Positions 11,404 through 21,522 of a DNA stretch of 64,000 nt are shown one piece after another. Position 1 is the first letter of the stretch; each line of letters starts with the position of its first letter. A model generated the notes under the pieces. The model was not told the DNA's origin and searched no databases. It saw nothing but the letters and a program-made list of their open reading frames with translations. The stretch is from Candidatus Omnitrophota bacterium (GTDB lineage Bacteria > Omnitrophota > Gorgyraeia > Zapsychrales > Fredricksoniimonadaceae). The stretch is taken from positions 70,994-134,993 of the forward strand of contig JBGAJA010000001.1 in assembly GCA_044225175.1 (NCBI GenBank), read 5' to 3'. The translations under genes and the position numbers were made by a program.

Positions 11404-13242
11404 TTAAGCTGCTGGAGTTAATGCCATCGGAGTAAAAGCATTGGCATGTTCTTTGCAGATGTTGAGCAAATTTTGACGGCATTCATCTAATTCACTTAAC
11501 ATTCTAGCTCGTGCTTCTGCAGATTCATCGACCATCTGTGGGAAAAGTTTAGCGTAGTAATCCATTCCTTCTAAAAGATTATCTTTAAACTCTGTGAAGT
11601 ATTTTGCTTTATTGCCGTTAAGTGATTCTAAAGACTTAACCACATCATTTCTCAAATAATCCACATACATTCTTAATTCTTTGATGAACATATTAGGTCT
11701 ATAGGTGTCATTTAAGATATTGATACGGCCATAAATATGATCCGTCATTTCCTTAAGAGTGACAATCTTCGAGAAGTAAGCAATATTCGGTCCTGGGCAA
11801 ACAGCGGTGAAGCGAGGCACATTGCCAATTTCGTGATTAATGAGTACTGCTTCAGCAAGGTCATTGCAAATGCAAGACTTGGTAACAATGGCATCAAATC
11901 GTTTTTTGTACTCTTGTTGTTCTAAATTTAAAGAGGTGAGTTGCTCTAATTTTAATTTTTGATATTGGCGGCTGGCTGTACAAATTGGTTTTGGCGTAAA
12001 TTCTGTATTAGAAACCAAGTGTCCCTTTGGACAAGCACTTCCTGGACGGCCTTTCATGACGCGCTGATCACGCTCCATATCGCTTAAAGATTCACGCAAA
12101 TTATTGAAAGGAACTCCTAGAGGAGACACAGGACTTAAATACACATCATTTTCCGTTGCTTTAGATAATTTTTCCAAAGTGATTGCATCAACGTTCGTGA
12201 CCTCCGGGCAGAGCAACATAGGTGTACCCCAGCCAGTGCCATCAAGATTGTAGTACTTGCGAATAAAAGTATCTTCTTTATAAGTACCAATACCACCTTG
12301 AGCGGTAATTTTCATATTCAGAGGAAGAGCAGAGGTGATTTTATTTTTTAGTTTCAAAGCTTCTGTACAGATTTTGTGCAAATCTTCTGCTAATTGATGG
12401 CGCTTAACTTTGAATTCTTCCATGATAGGGGCCATAAGATACCCATCCGTTGCAAAGGCATGTCCGCCGCAATTAAGACCGGACTCAATACGATATTCAG
12501 AAACCCATAATCCTTTTTTAGCTAAGAATTTTCCTTGAATCAAGGTAGAGCGAAAATCACTCACCTTTAATATAATTTTCTTTTTGATGTCTCCAGTTGA
12601 ATCCGCATAAAAATCTTTAAAGTTTTCAACATAACCATATAAACGTCGATTAAAGCCAGCAGAGAATTCAATGGCTGAGCGCACTTTACTTTGGGCATAG
12701 CCACGCAGCGCTGCTAAGCCATCGGAGAACTCAGGAGGCAAGAGATTGCCTTTAGGATCATAATTATCACGATCCAATTTGGTCATGATATTCACATTAA
12801 TGTCGCCTGGTCGCATGGCATCACGAAGGTTCTTTTGAAGACCTTCTTTGATCTTTGCATCTTGGCAGGCAAGCATGTCTCTATAGGCAGCTTTAAGTAC
12901 GGAATCATCAGGAAGTATTTCGAAATATTTGGTGATTTCTGAACCAGGGGAGAATTCTGAGTTTTTGACAGCGGTGAATTCTTTTTCAACAATAAAATCA
13001 AGTAAATCTAAATAGGCAGTAATACGACGCGCGCGGAAGTCTTCGTCATATTTGGTAATGGGGGTATATGGCTGCTGATATTTTTCACTGTAAAACTTAC
13101 GCATTTGCTCGATTAAAATGTCATCTACCAGAGAAATGACAGAGTGGATGCCATATTTAGCCACCTTAACAGGGCTGTCTATCGTGAAAGCTGTACCCAT
13201 AACCGGTATGTGGAACGTATGTATATTTGTGTCCTTAAACAT
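11404..13242 (-). CDS. Conserved hypothetical protein, probable FMN TIM-barrel oxidoreductase with Cys cluster
   Basis: ESGLNCGGH, ITAQGGIG, GTGWGTPML resemble nitronate-monooxygenase/FabK-type motifs; start set at MFKDTN (13242) because TATACT lies 6 nt upstream. Confidence 0.75.
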   Translation of the reverse strand: MFKDTNIHTFHIPVMGTAFTIDSPVKVAKYGIHSVISLVDDILIEQMRKFYSEKYQQPYTPITKYDEDFRARRITAYLDLLDFIVEKEFTAVKNSEFSPGSEITKYFEILPDDSVLKAAYRDMLACQDAKIKEGLQKNLRDAMRPGDINVNIMTKLDRDNYDPKGNLLPPEFSDGLAALRGYAQSKVRSAIEFSAGFNRRLYGYVENFKDFYADSTGDIKKKIILKVSDFRSTLIQGKFLAKKGLWVSEYRIESGLNCGGHAFATDGYLMAPIMEEFKVKRHQLAEDLHKICTEALKLKNKITSALPLNMKITAQGGIGTYKEDTFIRKYYNLDGTGWGTPMLLCPEVTNVDAITLEKLSKATENDVYLSPVSPLGVPFNNLRESLSDMERDQRVMKGRPGSACPKGHLVSNTEFTPKPICTASRQYQKLKLEQLTSLNLEQQEYKKRFDAIVTKSCICNDLAEAVLINHEIGNVPRFTAVCPGPNIAYFSKIVTLKEMTDHIYGRINILNDTYRPNMFIKELRMYVDYLRNDVVKSLESLNGNKAKYFTEFKDNLLEGMDYYAKLFPQMVDESAEARARMLSELDECRQNLLNICKEHANAFTPMALTPAA

Positions 13243-13248
13243 ACTGCA

Positions 13249-13318
13249 AGTATAGTCCATCTAAGCTAAAAGGCAAGGAATAATATCCCCTTGAATTTCC
13301 ATTGAACTTGGTTATACT
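13249..13318. promoter_or_regulatory. Divergent promoter pair
   Basis: Minus: TTGCCT(13276-13271)-16-TATACT(13254-13249). Plus: TTGAAT(13291-13296)-16-TATACT(13313-13318). Confidence 0.6.
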
Positions 13319-13364
13319 AAGGCATCTTTAAACGTGTAACCTCTTCAATTTTAAGGACTTTAAT

Positions 13365-14045
13365 ATGACTGATGATTTGAATTCCCTCTGGCAAAATTTG
13401 GCGCTTTTACTACGTTCTCACCCCTGGCATGGCATTCCAATTGGGGAAGATGCCCCCAAAATGATTAACACATATATTGAAACAGTCCCATCCGATACAG
13501 TTAAATACGAAATTGATAAAAAGAGTGGTTTTCTGAAAGTAGATAGACCTCAGAAGTATTCCAGTATTTGTCCTACTCTTTATGGCTTTATTCCTCAAAC
13601 ATACTGCTCTAAAAATGTCGCAGATCTTTGCCGTGAACGTACCGGACGTGAATATATTATTGGGGATGATGATCCTTTGGATATCTGTGTTTTGACCGAA
13701 AAGGTAATCAGCCATGGCGATATTATCATTCGTGCTATTCCTATTGGCGGCTTTCGCATGATTGATGGGGGACAGGCGGATGACAAAATTATTTCTGTTA
13801 TGCAAGGAGATGGGCTTTACAGTCAATGGGACAATATTGAAGATTGCCCACGCGCTTTCATTGACAGGCTTAAGCACTATTTCTTGACCTATAAAGATCT
13901 TCCTGGATCAGATGAACGTGCCTGTGAAATTACTCATATTTATGGCCGTGAAGAGGCGATGGAGGTTATTCGCCGGTCCCGCCAAGATTACACAGAACGT
14001 TTTAGTAAGCTTGAATCGATGATGGAAGTCATTCAAGAAGAATAA
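13365..14045 (+). CDS. ppa: Family I soluble inorganic pyrophosphatase
   Basis: HPWH, KYEIDK, YGFIPQT, GDDDPLDI, ADDKII, FLTYK. Confidence 0.95.
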   Translation: MTDDLNSLWQNLALLLRSHPWHGIPIGEDAPKMINTYIETVPSDTVKYEIDKKSGFLKVDRPQKYSSICPTLYGFIPQTYCSKNVADLCRERTGREYIIGDDDPLDICVLTEKVISHGDIIIRAIPIGGFRMIDGGQADDKIISVMQGDGLYSQWDNIEDCPRAFIDRLKHYFLTYKDLPGSDERACEITHIYGREEAMEVIRRSRQDYTERFSKLESMMEVIQEE

Positions 14046-14067
14046 ACGACATAAGGATAGGCCCATC

Positions 14068-14811
14068 ATGTTTAGAATTAAGTTTCTCTTAATTTGTACT
14101 TTTATTCTCACCAGTGTTTTTAATGCTTCGGCAGCAGAGAATCCATTTAAAAAGAATAATCCTGATGGCAATAAATATGAGTTTGCGAGAAGCTACATTT
14201 CCGCCTTAAGTTATTTTCAAGCCATCCGTACGCGATGGGAAAAATCTCCTCCTAAAAAGAAGTTTGCTAAAGATGACATCAAAGTGATCCATTTAAGTAT
14301 GGATTATTTGGTCAATGATAATGCAGACTTAAGAGTTGCTAAGAATTACATGATCAAATACCTGGATTCACCAAATTCTTTGATGCGTAAAGTGTCCGAT
14401 TTGATGATTGTGGCTTGTGACAGAGATATTGCATTGAATAATAAGTCGAAGAATTTATGGCAGGATTGGTTGATTAAAAAGCTGCAGGAGAAAAAAGTAA
14501 AGCCAGAAGATGAAAAAGTGTTTATTGCAGCTCAAAGTGATTTAGAGCTCAAACGCAAGGAATCCGATAAGTCCATTATTAAAGCATCGATTTTGTTGAC
14601 CAAGGTTTTGTTGAGTCAGGATAATGCGAATGACAAAGGAAAGTTGCTCGCGATTACCAAGAAACAACGATATAAATTGTTAGATAATTTAGATGTGTAT
14701 GGTAAGGATGTATTAGATTGGGGATTAAAGCCCGGTCAGAGCACGCTTGAAGCCTCAATTGCCGTTATCCGTGAAATTTTAGAAGATCCAATGTTTACCG
14801 CTCATAATTAA
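14068..14811 (+). CDS. Secreted alpha-helical hypothetical protein
   Basis: Signal peptide ending ASA-A; open 247-aa frame. Confidence 0.75.
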   Translation: MFRIKFLLICTFILTSVFNASAAENPFKKNNPDGNKYEFARSYISALSYFQAIRTRWEKSPPKKKFAKDDIKVIHLSMDYLVNDNADLRVAKNYMIKYLDSPNSLMRKVSDLMIVACDRDIALNNKSKNLWQDWLIKKLQEKKVKPEDEKVFIAAQSDLELKRKESDKSIIKASILLTKVLLSQDNANDKGKLLAITKKQRYKLLDNLDVYGKDVLDWGLKPGQSTLEASIAVIREILEDPMFTAHN

Positions 14812-14836
14812 CAGCCTTACATCCCTAACATATTTC

Positions 14837-17800
14837 ATGTCCCAATTGTTCCAATTTCCAGAAATCTGTATTACTGAAGCTTCTGCGGGGAGCGGTAAAA
14901 CATACGCCCTTGCCAGACGCTATGTGCAATTACTTTTAAAGACAGCAAACGACAATCCTCAAAGTTTTCAGAACATCCTCGCCATCACCTTTACCAATAA
15001 AGCCTCTTTAGAAATGAAATCCCGCGTCCTTTATTTTCTAAAGAAGATTGCTCTTAATCAATTATCACAAGAAGAAGAAAAAGACTTTCTAGGAAATATA
15101 GGTTTATCTTCACAGCGAGCAGGCAAGATTGCTTTTAATCTGATGGAACTTTTGATCCGTCATTATCACTTTTTTTCAATTAAAACGATCGATAGTTTTA
15201 TCAATGCTCTTTTGGCAGGATGCGCTTTTAAGATCAATCTTTCAGCTAGATTTAAGATTCAGCGTAATAGTGATGATTATCTTCAGCAAAGTTTGGATTT
15301 ATGGATTGCTCAAGCTTCACAAGACGCCAAGATTAGAAAACTCTTAGATGAATTTGTGCACCAATATTTATTTTTGGAAAATAGGAGTGGATGGTTTCCC
15401 AAAGAGGAATTATTTGGGGCGTTAAGATTGCTATTTAGTGAGTTTAATACTTACCAGAAAACTTTTTTGACATTTCCGGTTGAAAGTGGAGATCTTTATT
15501 TAGCAAAGAAGAATTTTTTAGATTTGCTTCGTGAAATCCACGCTCTTTCTAACCCATCCATGAATAAGAAATTTTATGAGGGATTAACTCAATTTTTAGA
15601 GCAGCATCCAGTTTCGTTTGATTTAGATGACTTAAGTCGATACTTCTCTTATCCTGCATTTCCAGGAAACAAAAATGCACAGATTAGCCCAGAACTAGAG
15701 AAGGTATGGTCCAAGGCTCATAAGGCAGCAGCGAATCTTTGTTTGGCAGAAAGCTTTGGAGTGTTTAACCCCTATGTGGTCATTTTTGAACATATCATGG
15801 ATATCTTCCGCAGACTTTGTACTCAAGATGACATTTTATTTCTTCAAGAACTTAATAAGAAAGCATCCACGCTCATTGAGAGTGGAATTACTGTAAGCGA
15901 GTTGTATTATCGTCTGGCTGTTCGTTTTCACCATTATTTAATTGATGAATTTCAAGATACAAGTTTGTCTCAATGGCAGAATTTATTTCCTTTGGTCCAG
16001 GAAGCTCTTTCGACGGGGGGATCGCTGTTTTATGTAGGCGATAAGAAGCAGGCGATCTATTCATTTCGAGGCGGTGAAAGCGGCCTGTTTGATGAATTAC
16101 CTAAGCAAATTCCTAATGCTCCCGTCAATTATGAATATCTTTCGAAGAATTGGCGCAGTCACAAGGCCATTGTGCAGTTTAATAATGAAATTTTTAGCAA
16201 ACAGAATTTAGAAGATTTTTTTCAAAGGCGCCAAGACTTTTATCTAGAGAAAGACAAGTCTCATGATGAGATATTTTTCAGTGATGCAGATATTCATGGT
16301 ATTCAAAAGACGTTTGAACATTCTTATCAAGAAATTAGAGAAGATCTGAACCAAGGTTACGTAAAAATCTTTTCTATTGAAGGTAAAAGAAAACAAGAGC
16401 GCCAGGATTATATTAAACAGAATCTTTTCAACATTATTTCAGATGCTTCTCAAAGATTTGAACCCCAAGACATTGTAGTTCTCACTCGGACTAATGGCCA
16501 GGTAGAGGAAGTAACTCAATGGCTTTTAAGTCAGGGTATTAGCGCTTATTCTGAGAGAAGCTCAGATATCAAAAACCATCCTCTAATCATTGAGATCTTG
16601 GATTTCTTGCGATTCTTGAATTCACCTAACGATCAAGTCAGCTTTGCTAGGATTTTATTGGGTGAGATATTTAGTAAGGCTTCAGGAATTTCCCAGGAGT
16701 CCTTAAGAGGCTTTCTATTTGAATGCCGCTTGAAGAAGATGTCGGTTAAAGACCTTTCTATTTATCAGGAGTTTAAAACTAAGTACACACACGTTTGGGA
16801 GGAACACTTCGAGGATTTCTTTTCTCAGACAGGAATTTATCCTGTTTATGAATTAGTTGTCAGTATTTATGCGAAGTTTCATTTGCATGAATTTAAGGAG
16901 GCTCAAGGGTTTCTCATGCATTTCTTGGAATTGATTAAGCGTCGTGAGGAATTTAGCTCCGATTTGGAAGGTTTTATTGAATATTTTGATCATCTGCAAA
17001 ACGAAGAACGCTTTGTGCCCATTCAATCTCAGAGAGCCATTCAAGTTATGACAGTGCATAAGGCCAAAGGATTGGAATTTCCTGTTGTCATCATCCCATT
17101 CTTAGAAATAGCTATACAGACATCCAAATCTTCCGATAAGGCGCTTTCATACGTATTGGATGTCTCTGACGAGGGTTTACGTATGTTGAGGCTTAAGAAA
17201 ACGTATGGACGTTTTAATGAGCTTTTGAAGGACCGATATGAAAAGGAATATAAAGACTCTCTGGCTATTGAATTAAATAATATTTATGTCGCATTAACCC
17301 GAGCCATTAATGAGTTGTATGTCATGGTTCCTGAGAGAAGTGCCAATAGCATTAATCCTGCAAAATTCCTGATTCCTGATTCCTTGTATTTATTAGGACA
17401 TAAAGAAAGCAATCTCAAACATAACAAAGAAATGGAATCTCTGCCTGTTTTGTCAACAAATCTGAATTTATCTTGGATGAAGCAATTTAAGGAAGAAGCT
17501 CTTGAGGATAGCGACCTGCAACTTAAGATCCGCCAGCAAGGCATTATGATGCATTTTTGTTTGGCGCAGATCACAAGGATTGATAAAGATTTATCTGTCA
17601 TTGTTGCTGAGGTGATTGAATTAGCAAAGATTAAGGGATTTGATATAGAAGACGGGTCAAAATTGTTGAATTTCCTTTCTAGAAAAGATGTGCGACCTTT
17701 TTTTGAGGTCGGTCAAGATGTCGAGATTCTTTGTGAGCAAGAAATGGTCAATAAGTTTGGTGATGCTAAGCGTATAGATAGGTTAATGATCTTTAAGGAT

Positions 17801-17935
17801 AAGGTATGGATTGTTGATTTCAAGACTAGTCATTTTGAACAAGAAAGTCATCAAAAGCAGATTAAAGAATATGAGAATTTAATCAGAGAGATTTATCCGA
17901 AGCATAAGGTAGAAGGATTTTTGGTTTATTTATGA
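14837..17935 (+). CDS. addA: AddA-like UvrD helicase with C-terminal PD-(D/E)XK nuclease
   Basis: ASAGSGKT, AITFTN, IDEFQDT, VGDKKQAIYSFRG, MTVHKAKGLEF, YVALTRA, RIDR...VDFKT. Confidence 0.88.
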   Translation: MSQLFQFPEICITEASAGSGKTYALARRYVQLLLKTANDNPQSFQNILAITFTNKASLEMKSRVLYFLKKIALNQLSQEEEKDFLGNIGLSSQRAGKIAFNLMELLIRHYHFFSIKTIDSFINALLAGCAFKINLSARFKIQRNSDDYLQQSLDLWIAQASQDAKIRKLLDEFVHQYLFLENRSGWFPKEELFGALRLLFSEFNTYQKTFLTFPVESGDLYLAKKNFLDLLREIHALSNPSMNKKFYEGLTQFLEQHPVSFDLDDLSRYFSYPAFPGNKNAQISPELEKVWSKAHKAAANLCLAESFGVFNPYVVIFEHIMDIFRRLCTQDDILFLQELNKKASTLIESGITVSELYYRLAVRFHHYLIDEFQDTSLSQWQNLFPLVQEALSTGGSLFYVGDKKQAIYSFRGGESGLFDELPKQIPNAPVNYEYLSKNWRSHKAIVQFNNEIFSKQNLEDFFQRRQDFYLEKDKSHDEIFFSDADIHGIQKTFEHSYQEIREDLNQGYVKIFSIEGKRKQERQDYIKQNLFNIISDASQRFEPQDIVVLTRTNGQVEEVTQWLLSQGISAYSERSSDIKNHPLIIEILDFLRFLNSPNDQVSFARILLGEIFSKASGISQESLRGFLFECRLKKMSVKDLSIYQEFKTKYTHVWEEHFEDFFSQTGIYPVYELVVSIYAKFHLHEFKEAQGFLMHFLELIKRREEFSSDLEGFIEYFDHLQNEERFVPIQSQRAIQVMTVHKAKGLEFPVVIIPFLEIAIQTSKSSDKALSYVLDVSDEGLRMLRLKKTYGRFNELLKDRYEKEYKDSLAIELNNIYVALTRAINELYVMVPERSANSINPAKFLIPDSLYLLGHKESNLKHNKEMESLPVLSTNLNLSWMKQFKEEALEDSDLQLKIRQQGIMMHFCLAQITRIDKDLSVIVAEVIELAKIKGFDIEDGSKLLNFLSRKDVRPFFEVGQDVEILCEQEMVNKFGDAKRIDRLMIFKDKVWIVDFKTSHFEQESHQKQIKEYENLIREIYPKHKVEGFLVYL

Positions 17936-20733
17936 GCAAAATTATTACCATCCCATTCACCGAAGATTTCATCGATCACTTAGCCGATTATATTCTTCAA
18001 GAATATATGCTCAAGGGTAAGGATTTGCGTCAATTGGCTGTTGTGTTTGGGGGGCATCGGCCATATTTATTCTTGAAACGTGCTTTGGCTAAGCGAGTCA
18101 AAGGAGCTTTTTATCCTCCAGCATTCTTTACGATCGATGAATGGATGAGAAATATCGTGGAGAATTCTCAGAAAGCAAAATCTATATCTCAATTAGATCA
18201 TTATTATTTGATTTATCAGTTAGCTCAACAATGTACTCCAGAGCTTTTAAAAGGAAGAGAGCGTTTTAGTTCTTTTCTTGGCTGGGCCAAGGAAATTCAT
18301 TCATTGATTGAGCACCTTGATCTTGAGCTAACATCCCAGGAAGTTCTTAAGAATTTGCAAGCGCAAGCCCAAATAGGTTTTGATATCCCACAAGATATAA
18401 CTAGCTTGCTTGAGAGTTTATTCATTTTAAGAAAAGAGTATCATCAGCATTTAGATGTAAAGGGTGTTTTTTCTAGAGGATTTCAATATACCAAGGCCAG
18501 CCAATTAATATCTAATGTGGTCTTAAATCAATGGCAGGAGATTCTATTTTGTAATTTCTTTTATTTACATCGTAGTGAGATGAAAGTGATTGAATATTGT
18601 TATACCCAGGCTAATACAACGCTTTTTATGCAAGGTGACGAGCGAAGATGGCCCGCCTTAAAGCGTATTTCTTCTGTTCTAGGAGGACATATTCTTGAAG
18701 GTGACAAGGTGATTGAAGGAGATTTTAAACTCAAGATTCATGCTGCCTTTGATATTCATTCTCAGGCAGCCATGGTGAAAGATATTTTGAAATCTATTTC
18801 TAATCCTGAAAAGACAGTCGTTGTATTACCTAATGCAGATTTTGTTTTACCGTTATTGTCCTTTTTATCCAGTGAAGTTAAAGAATTTAATATTTCTATG
18901 GGCTATCCCTTAAAGCGTAGTGCTTTATATGCTTTGCTTGAGAAGATTTTTTTAGCTCAGAAGTCTAGGCAAAACAATTTGTATTACACCAGAGACTATT
19001 TGAGGGTTTTTCGTCATCCATTGGTCAAGAACCTTGATTTGTCTGGTGAAGAGATCACAAGAATTTTAATTAATACCCTAGAAGAGGCGTTGATTGGACA
19101 GATTGCTTCTGACTTTTCGGGACGGATTTTTATAGATATTAATGAAATTGCTTTTCATGAAAAGATCTTGGATGAAACTATAGGTTCCCTCCAATCTATG
19201 AATATTCCTGTAACACGGGAAGATCTTAAAGCGACTCTTGAAGCTTTACATGACCTTCTCTTTAGAAAATGGCAAAATGCTGCGACCTTTGGAGATTTGG
19301 CTAGTGTGTTAGGAGATTTTACGACACTTATGCGCCGCCAAAGTCCTTTGCTGCAGTATCCATTTAATGAACGTATCGCTTTTTATATGGAATCTGTAAG
19401 CCAAGAACTTTCTTCAAGTGAATTTGCTAAAGAGAAGTTTTCACCCATTGAAATGTTTCGAATTTTAGAAGATACGCTCAGCGGGCAATTGGTTGCTTTT
19501 ACGGGTTCTCCTTTACGCGGTTTACAAGTACTAGGACTCTTTGAAACAAGGGCTTTGAGTTTTGAACATGTGATTGTGGTTGATGTCAATGAAGGCATTC
19601 TGCCAAACTTGAATATCTATGAACCTTTGATTCCTCGAGACATTATGATTAGATTGAATTTAGACCGTTTGGAATTGGAAGAAGAAATTCAGCGTTATGG
19701 TTTTATGCGTTTGGTTTCATCTGCCAAGCATGTCCACTTGATTTATCAGAAGCGTCCAGATCGTCAACGAAGTCGATTCATTGAGGAATTAATTTGGCAG
19801 GAAGAAAAGGCGCAAGAGAAAATTGATGTCGTTCCTTTAGAATCAGGTCGTTTTCAGATTCAGCTGACATCAAAGCAAAGAGTAATTCCAAAGACCCCTG
19901 CTGTGATTGAGTTCTTAAAAGGGATGACATTTTCGGCCTCTAGCCTCAACACCTACTTACGTAATCCTTATGAGTTCTATGAGAACTATGTATTAGGACT
20001 TAGAGAGCAAGATAATTTGTTAGATGAGCCGGATGCGAGGCATATTGGGACTTTTGTTCATGATGTTCTAGAAATTTCTTTTAAGGGCTTTATTAATAAA
20101 AAACCTGTCATTGATGACGAATTCAAGAAGTATTTTTTCAGAATCGTGGGGCAGCGTTTCGAAGAGGTTTTTGGTAAGAAGCAAAGAAGCGATTCTTTCT
20201 TGCTTAAGAGTGTTTTTGATACAAGATTCGAACGTTTTTTAATGACAGAAGCGGATCGTTGTCACAGTACTGTCGAGTCTATTCTTCAGCTGGAGAGAAA
20301 ATTTAATGAAGTTATTCAATTAAAAGAAAACAAGGTTAAATTGACCTATCGCATGGATCGTATTGATAGGCTTTTGGATGGAAGTATTTTGGTTTTAGAT
20401 TATAAGACAGGAGGCCAGGAGATCATGCCTAAAGATTTTGATATGTTTACTCAAGAGCCTCTCTCCAGGGAGCTTATTCGTGATCATTTGCTGTCCTTCC
20501 AAATGCCACTCTACCTTCATTATCTACAAGGTATTTATCCTGACTCTTCAATCAATGCAGGCTTATATCATTTAAGGACCGGTCGTTTAGAAAAGTTTAT
20601 TAAAGAAGCTCGATCAGAAGACTCTCAAAAAGCCATCACAGCTGGACTTGCCGCATTAGATTTTATAGTCAGTGAGATTTTAGATCCAAATACACCTTTT
20701 GTGGATGACCCTGGTCATAAGAACCAAGATTAA
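17932..20733 (+). CDS. addB: AddB-like inactive helicase with PD-(D/E)XK nuclease
   Basis: LQVLGLFETRAL, FSASSL, GTFVH, RMDRID...LDYKTG, QMPLY; ATGA overlap with addA. Confidence 0.82.
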   Translation: MSKIITIPFTEDFIDHLADYILQEYMLKGKDLRQLAVVFGGHRPYLFLKRALAKRVKGAFYPPAFFTIDEWMRNIVENSQKAKSISQLDHYYLIYQLAQQCTPELLKGRERFSSFLGWAKEIHSLIEHLDLELTSQEVLKNLQAQAQIGFDIPQDITSLLESLFILRKEYHQHLDVKGVFSRGFQYTKASQLISNVVLNQWQEILFCNFFYLHRSEMKVIEYCYTQANTTLFMQGDERRWPALKRISSVLGGHILEGDKVIEGDFKLKIHAAFDIHSQAAMVKDILKSISNPEKTVVVLPNADFVLPLLSFLSSEVKEFNISMGYPLKRSALYALLEKIFLAQKSRQNNLYYTRDYLRVFRHPLVKNLDLSGEEITRILINTLEEALIGQIASDFSGRIFIDINEIAFHEKILDETIGSLQSMNIPVTREDLKATLEALHDLLFRKWQNAATFGDLASVLGDFTTLMRRQSPLLQYPFNERIAFYMESVSQELSSSEFAKEKFSPIEMFRILEDTLSGQLVAFTGSPLRGLQVLGLFETRALSFEHVIVVDVNEGILPNLNIYEPLIPRDIMIRLNLDRLELEEEIQRYGFMRLVSSAKHVHLIYQKRPDRQRSRFIEELIWQEEKAQEKIDVVPLESGRFQIQLTSKQRVIPKTPAVIEFLKGMTFSASSLNTYLRNPYEFYENYVLGLREQDNLLDEPDARHIGTFVHDVLEISFKGFINKKPVIDDEFKKYFFRIVGQRFEEVFGKKQRSDSFLLKSVFDTRFERFLMTEADRCHSTVESILQLERKFNEVIQLKENKVKLTYRMDRIDRLLDGSILVLDYKTGGQEIMPKDFDMFTQEPLSRELIRDHLLSFQMPLYLHYLQGIYPDSSINAGLYHLRTGRLEKFIKEARSEDSQKAITAGLAALDFIVSEILDPNTPFVDDPGHKNQD

Positions 20734-20795
20734 TAGAAATAATGGGAAAGCTATTGATTAAGAAGTGGAATAATATAAAATTAATGCCATACGAA

Positions 20796-20815
20796 CCTGC
20801 CTGCCGGCAGGCAAG
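20796..20815. repeat. Short GC-rich palindromic element (CCTGCCTGCCGGCAGGCAAG)
   Basis: Perfect 16-bp palindrome TGCCTGCCGGCAGGCA at 20798-20813. Confidence 0.7.
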
Positions 20816-20861
20816 CCTACGAGGTTCCGTAAAGTTCCAACCATAGAAAAGGATCAAACTA

Positions 20862-21224
20862 ATGCCAAAATGTGTGATGGTCGTTGATGACGAAGAAATT
20901 GTTGTAGAAATATCCAAGCGAAAATTAATGGAACGCGGCTATGACGTTCTTGTTGCTTTAGACGGTGAGCAAGCATTAGAAGTATTAAAATCTAAGATTC
21001 CTGATTTAATTTTATTAGACATTCAAATGCCAAAAATGAATGGCTATACATTTGTGATGGAAAAGAACAAAGTTCCAGAATATGTCAATATTCCTGTCAT
21101 TGTTTTGACAGCTTATGGCGAAATGGAACCTCTTCTTAAACGTCATGGAATTAGTTCCTACCTCTTAAAACCTCTCAAACTTCAAGAATTACTCGATAAA
21201 GTCCAAGAAACTATTGGAGTATAA
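20862..21224 (+). CDS. Single-domain CheY-like response regulator
   Basis: VVDDE, PDLILLDIQMP, VLTA, LLKP. Confidence 0.93.
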   Translation: MPKCVMVVDDEEIVVEISKRKLMERGYDVLVALDGEQALEVLKSKIPDLILLDIQMPKMNGYTFVMEKNKVPEYVNIPVIVLTAYGEMEPLLKRHGISSYLLKPLKLQELLDKVQETIGV

Positions 21225-21229
21225 GTTCT

Positions 21230-21499
21230 ATGAGTGAAGATCTTCAAGAACAAGAAAAACAGGTTAAATTAAAAGAGTTCTTTGAAAGAGCTCGTAAAGG
21301 TGTTTTGAAGTATTTAGACCAAAAGGGAGGATTTCTCTCTATGGCTGAATTGCATGACTATAGTCTAAAAACATATTTGATACAGCACCAGAGATTCTCG
21401 ATTATGATGGAATCCTTTGTGAATGAAGGATTAGTCAGTTTTGATCAAGAAACCCAAGACGTTTTAATTACTGATCAGGGTAAAAAATTTATTAAGTAG
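21230..21499 (+). CDS. Small winged-helix-like hypothetical protein
   Basis: Pattern EGLVSF...VLITDQGKKFI typical of a wHTH wing and terminal helix. Confidence 0.6.
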   Translation: MSEDLQEQEKQVKLKEFFERARKGVLKYLDQKGGFLSMAELHDYSLKTYLIQHQRFSIMMESFVNEGLVSFDQETQDVLITDQGKKFIK

Positions 21500-21522
21500 G
21501 ATTGTTGTAGAAAGGAATCTGT

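Noticed and set aside
14837-20733. Helicase-nuclease pair as a novel defence system
   Set aside because: Domain order, motifs and housekeeping context fit AddAB recombinational repair
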